DNA of 64,000 bases from Amoebophrya sp. A120 (lineage: Eukaryota > Protista > Dinoflagellata): NCBI GenBank assembly GCA_905178155.1, contig CAJINV010000001.1, positions 2,408,089 to 2,472,088 on the forward strand, written 5' to 3'. The position numbers and the translations under genes were made by a program. The notes under the pieces were generated by a model. It did not search any database, had not been told where the DNA came from, and saw nothing but the letters and a program-made list of their open reading frames with translations. How positions within the stretch are numbered: position 1 is the stretch's first letter; each line of letters starts with the position of its first letter. Positions 11,997 through 22,061 of the stretch are shown here, piece by piece.

Positions 11997-12464
11997 TTAC
12001 ATAATGACGCAGCGACACATTTCTTTGTCTCCTTGCGCCACCACCTGTGCCTTCGTTTCTTTCACTTCCGCCTGGATTGCATCTATCTTCGCCTCGAGTT
12101 TGTTGAGCTTCTCCACCAACTGGCTCCCCACCGTCGCCGCCTCTGCCACGCTCCCCAACCCAGCTTCCAACCCCCCGATACGGAGCGCCGTTGTTTCTGC
12201 GTTCACTGCAGTCTCCTGCAGTTTTACGCTCACGGCACTCGGATCAATCACCGTGCTGAGATTCGCCATCGCCGCGCGCAACGACTTCACGTCCTGGTGC
12301 GTCTGTATCACCCGGGGCAAGATGCTGACTCCGATATAGTCTCTATGGTCAGCGAGGCGATGGCGATCGGAAGGATAGCCGCCTTCTCTGTCCTTTTGGA
12401 AGATGGCATACGTTTGACGGTAGTCGTCGGCAGTCAGCGACACCGATTCCGGTGCGAGCGCCAT
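11997..12464 (-). CDS. Hypothetical coiled-coil protein, paralog 2
   Basis: AAAATG start MALAPES; near-identical to paralog 1 from SILPRVIQTHQ onward. Confidence 0.65.
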   Translation of the reverse strand: MALAPESVSLTADDYRQTYAIFQKDREGGYPSDRHRLADHRDYIGVSILPRVIQTHQDVKSLRAAMANLSTVIDPSAVSVKLQETAVNAETTALRIGGLEAGLGSVAEAATVGSQLVEKLNKLEAKIDAIQAEVKETKAQVVAQGDKEMCRCVIM

Positions 12465-12503
12465 TTTGTCGCGAGGCACACACCGCCAGACAGACACAAT
12501 ATA

Positions 12504-13224
12504 CCAATAATAGCCGCGTCCGCGGAGGTAGTGAGGTCATGGCGGTCTTTTTGTCTTCACGCCAAAAAAGGACGCAACTTCTCTGCCCACCATGCCATCG
12601 TGAGTAATGTTATGCACGACGGCACGGCGGTCGCTAAAAATCTCAATCCAGAGGCGGCCCCCATTTGGTTTCGAATCGAAGAACCTTCCCCGCATGCTAT
12701 GGCCCCGCCAGGGCCCACGCCAGGGTCGGCCCCTTGGGAGCCCCAAATCGGGCCCATAGCATGCGGATTGGCTTTTTGCTTTTGGCGGTCTTTGTTTTTT
12801 TTGTTTTTTTTTTGGCAAAATGCTGCATCTTCTGGTCTTCAGTCCGCCTCTGAAATGGCGGATTTTGAAGGCGTCTTTTGCGCGGCCCGAATGTGGGGAA
12901 AAATGAGGCCCATACCATGCGGATTCTCTGTTTTTTTCGGAGTGCTGCTTTTTGGGCGCCCATTTTTGGGCGCCGCAAATCGCCAGAAACTAAGGCGGTG
13001 GGCGCCTCAGAAGGGCGCCCCTTTTGCCGGCTCCCCTGCGTCGTTTTATCAAGCGGGAATCGATAGAATCCGCCCGGGCTATTTTGCCGCAAACGCCCCG
13101 GCCGCTTGATAATTGAAAACTTTTTTTGTTAAAAAACACTTCCGGCCGCTTGAAAACTGCCGGTCGTTTTGCGTGATGCATGTCAAAAAAACCGCTAGGA
13201 TAGAACGTTCGTGACCTCACTACA
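12504..13224 (-). mobile_element. ~720-bp non-autonomous element with asymmetric inverted repeats (Helentron/DINE-like), copy 1
   Basis: Absent from the paralogous site at ~9097-9105 (CAATATATGA). Flanked by TA. Inverted pair GTAGTGAGGTCA (subterminal) and TGACCTCACTAC (terminal), with hairpin CCGC-n4-GCGG. Confidence 0.8.
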
Positions 13225-14049
13225 TATGATAGCGCTCAAAAATGAAACTCTTGAAATCTGGACCCTGTTCCCTATTGTGAAAAATTCTTCGGCTCGCTTC
13301 CCTAACTATTGAAAAACAAAAGCTTGAAGGTCAAAATGTCACAGCGAACAAATGATCGGAAGCAGGGGGGTCATGCGGATATCAGATTGCAGATGCAAAG
13401 AGGAAAGAGTAGTTGTGGCTTTAAACTGAGATAGATTGCCATAAACTAGCTCTACGGACCACGATGCGTTTGCACGCGCCCGAATTTTTGCAAATGATTT
13501 GGCCACAGATCACCGAGAGCTTGCGATAATATCCTATGTCGCATACGAACGACTTCCTTCCATCTCTGGAAGACCAAAACCGATTACTATCATCCTCATC
13601 AGATGATAGTGGACAGTGGATCGGCGACACCGACCAGAGCAGGTTGACCGTTCGAAATACCGATGAAATTCGAAAACTTAAAACAAAAAACGCACTCAAT
13701 GCTCAGGATGAATGATCCCAATCTTGTTCTTGACCGACCGAAATAAACGCACAACAGCAGAAGTACCCAAAGGTGCGCCATATGCAGACACGAAAGGGAA
13801 AGCCTTTCTCGCGCCGCCCTCTCAGAAGCGCCGCAGCCGCCCAAGGATTTTTTTTTCGTATGAAAGCAACTCTCTACATTCTGTAGACAATACCTACACA
13901 AATGAATTTCGTGCCTTCAAATCAATTCTAGCTTCAGCTCAACCGTTCGTAGATTACACCACAATCAGGAGCGCTAGATAAGATGCCTTTCAACAACTAG
14001 ACTAGTGTCATGTTGAAGTTTGAAGAACAAGCGGCGATAAAGTAGCCAC

Positions 14050-14160
14050 TTATTTCTTCTTCATGGACATCATCTTCATCTTCATCGACATCTTCATGGA
14101 CATCTTCTTCATGACCGGCGCGGCGTCGGCGGCCTTCATCATCTTCATCATCTTCGCCAT
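14050..14160 (-). CDS. 36-aa Met/Lys-rich micro-protein, copy 4
   Basis: Same peptide; Ala11 codon GCC. Confidence 0.7.
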   Translation of the reverse strand: MAKMMKMMKAADAAPVMKKMSMKMSMKMKMMSMKKK

Positions 14161-14503
14161 TTTGAAGGTTTGGGGGTTTTGTTTGGAAAAAACTTTTCCG
14201 ATTCGTTTCCCTATGGTAGCGCGAAAAATTTGAAGCCAAAATATCACAGCGAGCGGGCACCGGGGGCGGGTCATGCGGATATTGGTTTGAACAAGGTGAA
14301 GCAATGAGAAAACGATTGTGATTTCAGATTATGGGGGGGGTTGCTTTTACTTTCTACGGACGATGACGTGTTACTTCGAATGAGTTCTACGAACCACGAT
14401 GCGTTTCTAAGTACGACCGCCCGAATCACGATGTCTGAATTTGGTCTTGGTCATACCGAGAGATTGCAATATCCTAGGTTGTAGACGATGACGAACGACT
14501 TTA

Positions 14504-15223
14504 CCAATAATAGCCGCCTCAGCGGGGGTAGTGAGGTCGAGGCGGTTTTTTTGTCTTCACACCAAAAAAAGACGCGAATTCTATGCGCGCCATGGCATCG
14601 TGAGTAATGTTATGCACGACGGAACGGCGGCCGCTAAAAATCTCGATCCAGAGCTGGCCTCCATTTGGTTTCAAATCAAAAAACCTTCGCCGCATGCTAT
14701 GGACCCATCAGGGCCCTTGCCAGGGTCGGCCCCGTGGGAGCCCCAAATCGGGCCCATCGCATGCGGATTGGCTTTCTACTTTTGGCGGACTTTCGTTTTT
14801 ATTGTTTTTTTTGTCAAAATGCCGCATCTTCTGGCCTTAAGTCCGCCTCTGAAGTGGCGGGCTTTGGTGGCGTCTTTTGCGGGGCCCGAATGTGGGCCAA
14901 AATGAGGCCCATACCACGCGGATTCGCTGTTCTTTTCGGAGTGCTGCTTTTTGGGCGTCCCTTTTTCGGCGCCCCAAATCGCCAGAAACCAAGGCGGTGG
15001 ACGCCTCAGAAGGGCGCCCCTTTTGCCGGCTCCCCTGCGTCGTTTTATCAAGTGCGAATCGATAGTTTTCGACCGGGCTTGTTTGTTGGCAAAGCCCCGG
15101 CCGCTTGATAGTTGGAAATTTTTTATGTGCAAAAACACTTCCGCCCGCTTGAAAACTGCCGGTCGTTTTGCGTGATGCATGGCAAAAAAACCGCTAGGAT
15201 AGAACGTTCGTGACCTCACTACA
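14504..15223 (-). mobile_element. Helentron/DINE-like element, copy 2
   Basis: TA-CCAATAATAGCCGC...TGACCTCACTACA-TA; colinear with copy 1. Confidence 0.8.
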
Positions 15224-15225
15224 TA

Positions 15226-15915
15226 CAAACTACAGCCCTCCCCGAGTACAAAAAAAAGTCCCTTTGTTGGTGACCACCATAGCGTCGCGCATAACATTAC
15301 TCCCGATGGGGCGGTGGACCATAAAAAACACGGCCGGAGGTCGCGCACCTGCTGCTGTCAGCGGAGCAACGCTTTCCCGCATGCTATGGCCCCCAAGGGC
15401 CTCCGCCCGGGCCGGCCCCTTGGGCGCCCCAAATCGGGCCCATAGCATGCGGATTAGCTCTCGGACTTTGGCGGCCATTGTTTTTTTTAGTTTTTTTGTA
15501 GGAAAAGTCGCAACTTTTGCCCTGCTCCCCGCCTTACAAATGCCCGATTTTGGTGGCCGGCTTTGCGACCTCCAAACGTGGGCCAAAATGGGGCCCATAC
15601 CAATACCATGCGGATTCGCGCTTTTGTTCGTCTTGGCATTTTTGCGGCGCCCCTTTTTGGGCGCCCCAAATCGCCAGAAACCAAGGCGGTGGGCGCCTCA
15701 GAAGGGCGCCCCTTTTGGCGGCTCCCTTGCGTCGTTTTATCAAGTGCGAGTCGATAGTTTTCGACCGGGCTTGTTTGATGGCAAATCCCCGGCCGCTTGA
15801 TAATTGGAAATTTTTTATGTCAAAAAAGCCTTCCGGCCGCTTGAAAACTGCCGGTCGTTTTGCGTGATGCATGGCAAAAAAACCGCTAGGATAGAACGTT
15901 CGTGACCTCACTACA
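15226..15915 (-). mobile_element. Helentron/DINE-like element, copy 3 (divergent left end), head-to-tail with copy 2
   Basis: Right ~350 bp near-identical to the other copies and ends TGACCTCACTACA-TA; left end differs. Confidence 0.7.
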
Positions 15916-16249
15916 TATAATATACCTCGCTGAAAAGCCAAAACCGACTCACGTCAATATCATGCTTGGCAATATATACCAAAAACCGATTCTGTCGGGA
16001 TGTGAACAGGCGCTATCGTCGTAATGCGTCCATGGACGATGACAGTCTATGCGACGGCGAACAATCTCGCTCGCTTTTGACGACTTCTATCTTTCTGCTC
16101 CTTTCACGTTCAAAAACTTAACATCTACATCTGAGAAATTTTGTGGTACTATCGTTCGAGTGAAACCATTATTTCCACAACTGTAAGTTGCCAGAGGGCT
16201 GTGTACTCCTCGGTGGAAGAAGATACAACGAACTTCATGTTCAAACCTT

Positions 16250-19200
16250 TTAGTATCTTCTGCCGCCACCGCCCCACTGTCTCGGGTGGTTTGGATTGTG
16301 GTCGTAGGGGCCGCCTCTGGAGCTGTTGCTGTAGCCCCCGCCATTATTTCCCCAGTTGTTCTTGCCTCCGCCCTTATTTCTGTTCTTCCCGCCGCCTCCG
16401 CCCCAGTCGTTATCCCGTCCATACTGATTATGCCCCGCGGCTTTACTGCTCGTGCTCCCGCCGTAATTGTTGTTATAGTTATTTCCGTAATTGTTGTTTC
16501 GGTCGTACCTTCCCGTGTTGCTGTTGTAATTCGAGGGCGCCGCCCGGCCGGCCGCCGGGTTGTACTCTTCCCGCGGGGCCTGGTTGATCCTGATGGCCTT
16601 TCGCGTGTCCAAATCGTAAGTCCACTGGTTGTCATCCTGGTTATTTTGCCTTTTGTTTGACTGGTTCTGCATCTGGATCCAGGCGTTGGAACCAACTTCC
16701 GGTTCGTTCGAACCCCCAGCGCCTCCCTGGTCGTCGTAATTCTCGAAGTTTTGCCGCTGTTTGCCCTTCGCTTCCAAACCCTTCTTCCCGGTGGCTTTTC
16801 CCCCCTTGGTCCCCATCGTGTGGTTAATCTCTTCGAAAAAGGTCTGCAGCAAGTAGAACAGCTTCTGCAAAAATTGCGTCTCCTGCGGGGAGGGCGGGTT
16901 GTGCGGATTTTCGCAAAATTTCGCGAACACGAACTTCAGCGCCCGGCGGATTTGACAGATGGAGGTCGCGTGGTTTCCCTGCATGGTGAACTTGATCCAC
17001 CCGTCGTGGAGGGCCAGCTCGTTGTTTTCGAGTCTTTCTTCCCCGGCGATCAAACACAAAATCAGCGGGTGAACCAAGCTCATCTGTTTGATGCTGTAGC
17101 TCGACTCGACCTGCAGCAGCTCCTCGAAAATGCACCACTCGTCGTTCGCAATCACGTCTCCCAAGCCCCGGGACGTGCCGTAGCAGGTGGACATGTGCGC
17201 GCTGGCGCCGAGCTTGCCGCCCTTCACCTCCATCTCCCGCGTGTTTTTCCCGCACCGTTTCACGGCCACGTTCGGGTAAATCCCGGCAGTCAGGACGGAC
17301 AGAATCAAGTGATCCTGCCCGCAGTTACGGGACGCAAAACCGTCGGAATCGCCCAGACCTGATACGTTTTTTCATTTCACCAATTATATGTAGTGAGGTC
17401 ACGAACGTTCTACCCTAGTGGTTTTTTTGACATGCATCACGCAAAACGACCGGCAGGTTTCAAGCGGCCGGAGGTGTTTTTGCATATAAAAAATTTTCAT
17501 TTATCAAGCGGCCGGGGCTTTGATATCAAACAAGCCAGGTCGAAAACTATCGACTCCCGCTTGATAAAACGACGCAGGGGAGCCGGCAAAAGGGGCGCCC
17601 TTCTGAGGCGCCCACCGCCTTAGTTTCTGGCGGTTTGGGGCGCCCAGAAAGGGGCGCCCGAAAAGCAACAACCCGAAAAAACAGCAAATCCGCATGGTAT
17701 GGGCCCCATTTTGGCTTACATTCGGGCCCCGCAAAAGACGCCACCAAAATCCGCCATTTCAGAGGCGGACTGAAGGCCAGAAGATGCGGCATTTTAATAA
17801 AAAAAACAAAAAAAACAAAGTCCGCCAGAAGCAAAAAGCCAATCCGCACGCTATGGGCCCGATTTGGGGCTCCCAAGGGGCCAACCCTGGCGGGGGCCCT
17901 GGCGGGGCCATAGCATGCGGGGAAGGTTTTTCATGTCGAAACCAAATGGAGGCCACCTCTGGATCGAGATTTTTAGCGACCGCCGTGCCGTCGTGCATAA
18001 CATTACTCACGGCGGCATAGTGGGAAGGGAAGTCGCGTCGTTTTTTGGAGCGAAGACAAAAAAACCGCCATGACCTCACTACCCCCGCTGAGGCGGCTAT
18101 TATTGGTATGTGTTGGCTTTGGCATTGTCGTCGTGTGGAACGAATGGACAAGGACAATATGTCGAGTTGTCCTGACCATGAGCTAACTGAAAGTGCGCTC
18201 TTGTTGAATAAAACAGCTTCAGCCGTTTCTCTACTGCACAAATTTAAGTCTGGATCTGGAACTAGAAATATATTGCAATGATCTTCAAAAAGTACCTTGA
18301 TCCGGCAAGTCCGCTCGCAGTTTCTGTGACTGGTCCGCCATCTGTCGCACGGTTTTTGCGTTGAGCCCGTTATCGCGTAAGAAGTCCAACCGCGTCCCCT
18401 GTTTCGACTGGTCCAGCGCCCGGAGCAGCGCGATGTGGTCGGAAACGTACGGCGCCGCCAGGTTGGTTTTGTGCGTGCCCGAGGAGTATCAAATGCAAAA
18501 ATGTCTGGGTCTGGAAGATTACCAGGTTTGTCATGCATATTTTGCATAACCCATGATGCCTGTAATGCCTGGCCGCGCATCACAGATTTTTAAAGGGCCT
18601 TCTGATGCGTATTCCGCATGAGAAACGCGCACTCCGCGCAGCACAAACTGAACTCCTCTTGCTGGTCATGCAATACAGATTTTTTTTACCTTCCAAAGAC
18701 AGCATCACAAATTGCAACCTTCCAGACCCAGACACTTTTACATATGATAAGGAGGCAGAGGCGTCTCCCAACGTGGTCATTTCCGTTTCCAGTTCCCCCG
18801 TGACCGGGTTATCCTGTGCAAAAGTATCGCACTCGTTGTATTGCAATCATGCATTACAAATCTTTTTCTTAAGGTCGATCCGCATTACAAATTTTATTTC
18901 TCATGCTGAGGAAATTTGTAATGCATTTATACGAGTACGATATTTTTGCAATTCATACGGGTTGCGCGATTGCGATGTTTTTTCCGTCAGTTTCTTGCCC
19001 AGGGTAAGAAATGGATCGCGGCAGAAGGCCGTGGACCCCACGACCTTCAGCACGTCGTCGAGCACACCGAAAAGCGCGCTCCACATCACGGTCTTTGCCA
19101 GTGTCGGCGGCAGGGAACTGTTACAGAGGGCCTTACCGAGCGGCGTCAGCATCTCGGTTCCGTGGTCCAGAGCGCCGATGGACTTCAGCAGGTCCACCGC

Positions 19201-21400
19201 GTTGTTGACGCCCAGTTGCTCGGGCGGGGTGGGGGCCTTCCCTAGAAAGGTCTGAATACTGGTGTCCTCCTGCTCGGTCTCTAATAAGAGCATCTTTGCC
19301 GCCAAACACGTCTCCTCGAGCGGGGACCGGAGCAGCTCCGGCTCGGTGAAAGCGTCCATACCTGTATTTTTATTTTCATAGTTTTTTTTGTTAGGTATCA
19401 CTTGTTGACACCTCCAGTACTTACGTGATAGTACTTACATACTTTTTTCTAAAACAAATTGCCCGATGTGAAATATCAGATCTTGATGTCTAAGCAAGTG
19501 ATGCAAGTGTTTCCACCACACAGGGGTCTGCAAAACTGTCTCAAACAAAAAACATACCTTCATCGCGTCTTTTTTTCGAAAACAAGTGAAAGCAGAGGCC
19601 GTTCTGCGTTCGTCCCGCCCGACCCGCTCGTTGCGAAACGGATGCTTGCGAGATCCAGGACGTGGTCAGGGTGGCCACCTTCAAATACGGATCGTAGCTC
19701 GTTTCCTTCGCCCGTCCGCAATCAATCACGAATTCCACGTCCGGCACGGTGATCGATGCTTCCGCGATGTTGGTCGTCAAAACGATTTTCCTCACCCCGG
19801 GGGTTTCGATCGGCTTGAAGCACTCCTGCTGCTGCTCCATGGACACGGAACCGTGGAGGGGCAAAATGGTGAACTTCTCCTTGTCCAAATCCGATTCCAG
19901 AATCCTTTGGCACTTGTCAATGTCGTTCCAACCGGTGAGAAAAACGAGGATGGATCCGAGTGGCTTCGCTTTCAACTTTTCCTGCTCCGCCGGGTCGTCT
20001 TTTTTCTCTTCCAATTGGGTTTTCAACACGTCCTTGTAGTTCTTGTCGATCCACATGATGAGCGCTTCGATGATCGGGAAGTCAAAATCCAAGCTGGACT
20101 GCTGCAACACGTCCATCTTCGCCAAACCGTCGGAGAGCTTGTTTTTGGAAAATTTGTCCTGCTTGATCAACGGCCGAATGTGGTCCGCCAAGCCCCAGTA
20201 GCCGTCGCCCCCGCGGCCCTCGCGCTGAAACACCGTCCTTTTCCACTCCTTTTCGTCTTCCATTTCGATGCCCGCGGACAGGATGCCCGGGCCGAGCCAC
20301 TTGCGGAACCCGGGGACCTTCCACAGCGTCGGGACGATTTGGTCCAGGTACAGCTCCCGGACCGGAAAGGTGCGGCCCGGGATGTGGACCTTCTGCACGA
20401 TGCCCTCAAAATAGTTTTCGAACGTTTCCAGTTGCAAGGTCGCGGACATCAGCACCAGCCGCATGTCGGGCCTTCGCTGCACCAAGTCGCGGATGAAAAT
20501 CAACGCGAAGTCGGCGAGTTTGTCCCGCTCGTGGATCTCGTCGAACACAATGTGGGTGATGCCGCGCAGTTCCGGATCCGTGAACAGCCGGCGGCGCAGC
20601 ATCGCGGTGGTGCAGAAAGTCAGTCGGGTCTGTTGCCGCGCGCGCTTCTCCAGGGGAACGTGGTACCCGACGTCGTTCTTGCTCTGCCCGCCCCGCTCGT
20701 CCTGGACGCGCTTCGCCAGCGAGATCGCCGCGATGCGGCGCGGCTGCGCGACGAGAATGTGTGCGGACTCATTGCCGTCAAGGAGAAACTGCGGCACTTG
20801 CGTCGACTTTCCGCACCCGGTCTCGCCGGAGATCAAGGTGACCTGCGACATCTGGACCGCTTCGAGCACTTCCTGGCGCTGCTCCCACGCGGGAAGTTCC
20901 TTCCGGCGCTCCCCGAGGTTGTGAATCTCGCAGGCGGCGTTCACCGCGTCCAGGTCCATCGGGATATGGAGTAAATCATCGGGATTCACGCCGTTCGATA
21001 GCATTTTACTCCGATTCTTGTTCACCGTGGACACCACATTGGCCTTCGGCACCGGTCGGTCCAACGCCACCGCGAGTCTCGCGCAGTCTAGCAGCGCGTG
21101 CTCCTGCGGGCCCTTCAGCCGCACCTCGCCGGGCGCCTTCTTGCCGCGCTTGCCCCGACCCTTCGCCTCCTGCATCCCGCCGGTGGGGTCGGACACGTAG
21201 ACGCGAATGTGTCTGTCGGCGCCGGACCCCTCGGAGAGCGTGAACAGGCCGAAGCCCTCGGCAATGCGGTGGACGTACTTCCGGTCGGCGGAAGAGAGGG
21301 AGCTGGCAAAAGCGATGAACGCCTTGTCATCCTCATTCCCCTTCTCGACCAGCTCAGAGAGCTGCCGCGAAATGTCCTTGCGAAACGATTCGGTCGTCAT
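16250..21400 (-). CDS. DEAH-box RNA helicase with N-terminal R3H domain (YTHDC2/DHX36-like), 5 exons
   Basis: R3H motif DRKYVHRIAE; GETGCGKSTQ, QPRRIAA, DEIHER, MSAT, TNIAEASIT, QRAGRAGR; HA2 and OB regions; G/N/R-rich tail. GT-AG introns 19362-19557 and 17359-18295, plus two introners. Confidence 0.9.
17389..18106 (+). mobile_element. Helentron/DINE-like element, copy 4 (inverted, inside a GT-AG intron of the helicase)
   Basis: TA-TGTAGTGAGGTCA...TGACCTCACTAC-CCCCGCTGAGGCGG-CTATTATTGG-TA. Confidence 0.8.
18487..18749. mobile_element. Introner family A
   Basis: Family A TIRs; direct repeat AGGAG. Confidence 0.9.
18810..18957. mobile_element. Introner family D (ends reversed relative to 4610-4759)
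   Basis: TATCCTGTGCAAAAGTATCG...CGATATTTTTGCAATTCATA; direct repeat CGGGT. Confidence 0.85.
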
Positions 21401-22061
21401 GGCTTGTTTATTTGTCGGGCTGTTTTTGCTGGGTAACTAAGATGTATGATTTGAAGATACAACTCTGAATACAGAGCTGCAGGACATCAACCCCCGGGAG
21501 GTATGGTTGATCTTAGATTGCGTGTTGAAGAACTTGTGCTCTTTCACGACGCACATGGAGCTTGTGTCGGTTGTACTAATCCTAATGCAGCAGTTTTCAT
21601 GGCACTAAACATAAATTTTTTTCCTGTGATGATTGAAGCTGAAGAAAAAATTGACAATCACTTACATTGGTAGATCATTTGCGATTCTGGGGCACAATGG
21701 AAGAAGGCTGCAGAGGTCGAGTCCAGGTTTTGAGAGCTGAGAACTCTATTTTTTTTTCTGTGATTCTGGAAGATCGATTATAAAGGCATGAAGCTAAGGA
21801 ACGTGAGTTTGACTTGTTCGTTGAAGCTAAGTTGGTGTGAACGCTGCCGCGCTCTCATTCGTGTGGGTCTAGTTGCTGGAGAGCACAATTTACAGCACCG
21901 AAAATGGAGATGGTGCTTGAGTGCTTTTTTCTTTCCTTTTGACGATCGCCTTACGGGATTCTCAATTTTTTGGTTCATTTACATCTTTCAGTTCTCCGTT
22001 ACTGCGTACATTAGTGATAGACTCAACAACGCGAGCGCGACGAGGATAACTTACATACTAG

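Larger units (their letters stand above)
6950..14500. repeat. Tandem gene array: ~950-bp micro-protein units (x4) and coiled-coil gene units (x2) with a shared spacer
   Basis: Blocks such as TCAATTCTAGCTTCAGCTCAACCGTTCGTAGATTACACCAC and GGCGACACCGAGCAGAGGAG...CGATGAAATTCGAAAAGT recur 4-6 times. Confidence 0.85.

Noticed and set aside
14229-14250. Weak likeness to the reverse complement of the dinoflagellate spliced leader
   Set aside because: Only AGCCAAAAT matches; the other array copies do not keep it, and no SL RNA structure is evident.
7326-14260. Acidic (EDDEDDEG...) and His-rich (HLHLHRHLH) ORFs in the array
   Set aside because: These are alternative frames of the Met/Lys gene. Only the Met/Lys frame has a consistent ATG context, stop and synonymous-only variation.
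12033-18073. ORFs within the 720-bp elements as transposases
   Set aside because: Frames differ between copies because of indels, and there are no DDE, HUH or recombinase motifs.
19586-20974. 462-aa plus-strand ORF, and similar long antisense ORFs elsewhere
   Set aside because: Antisense shadow of the GC3-rich helicase CDS; no motifs.
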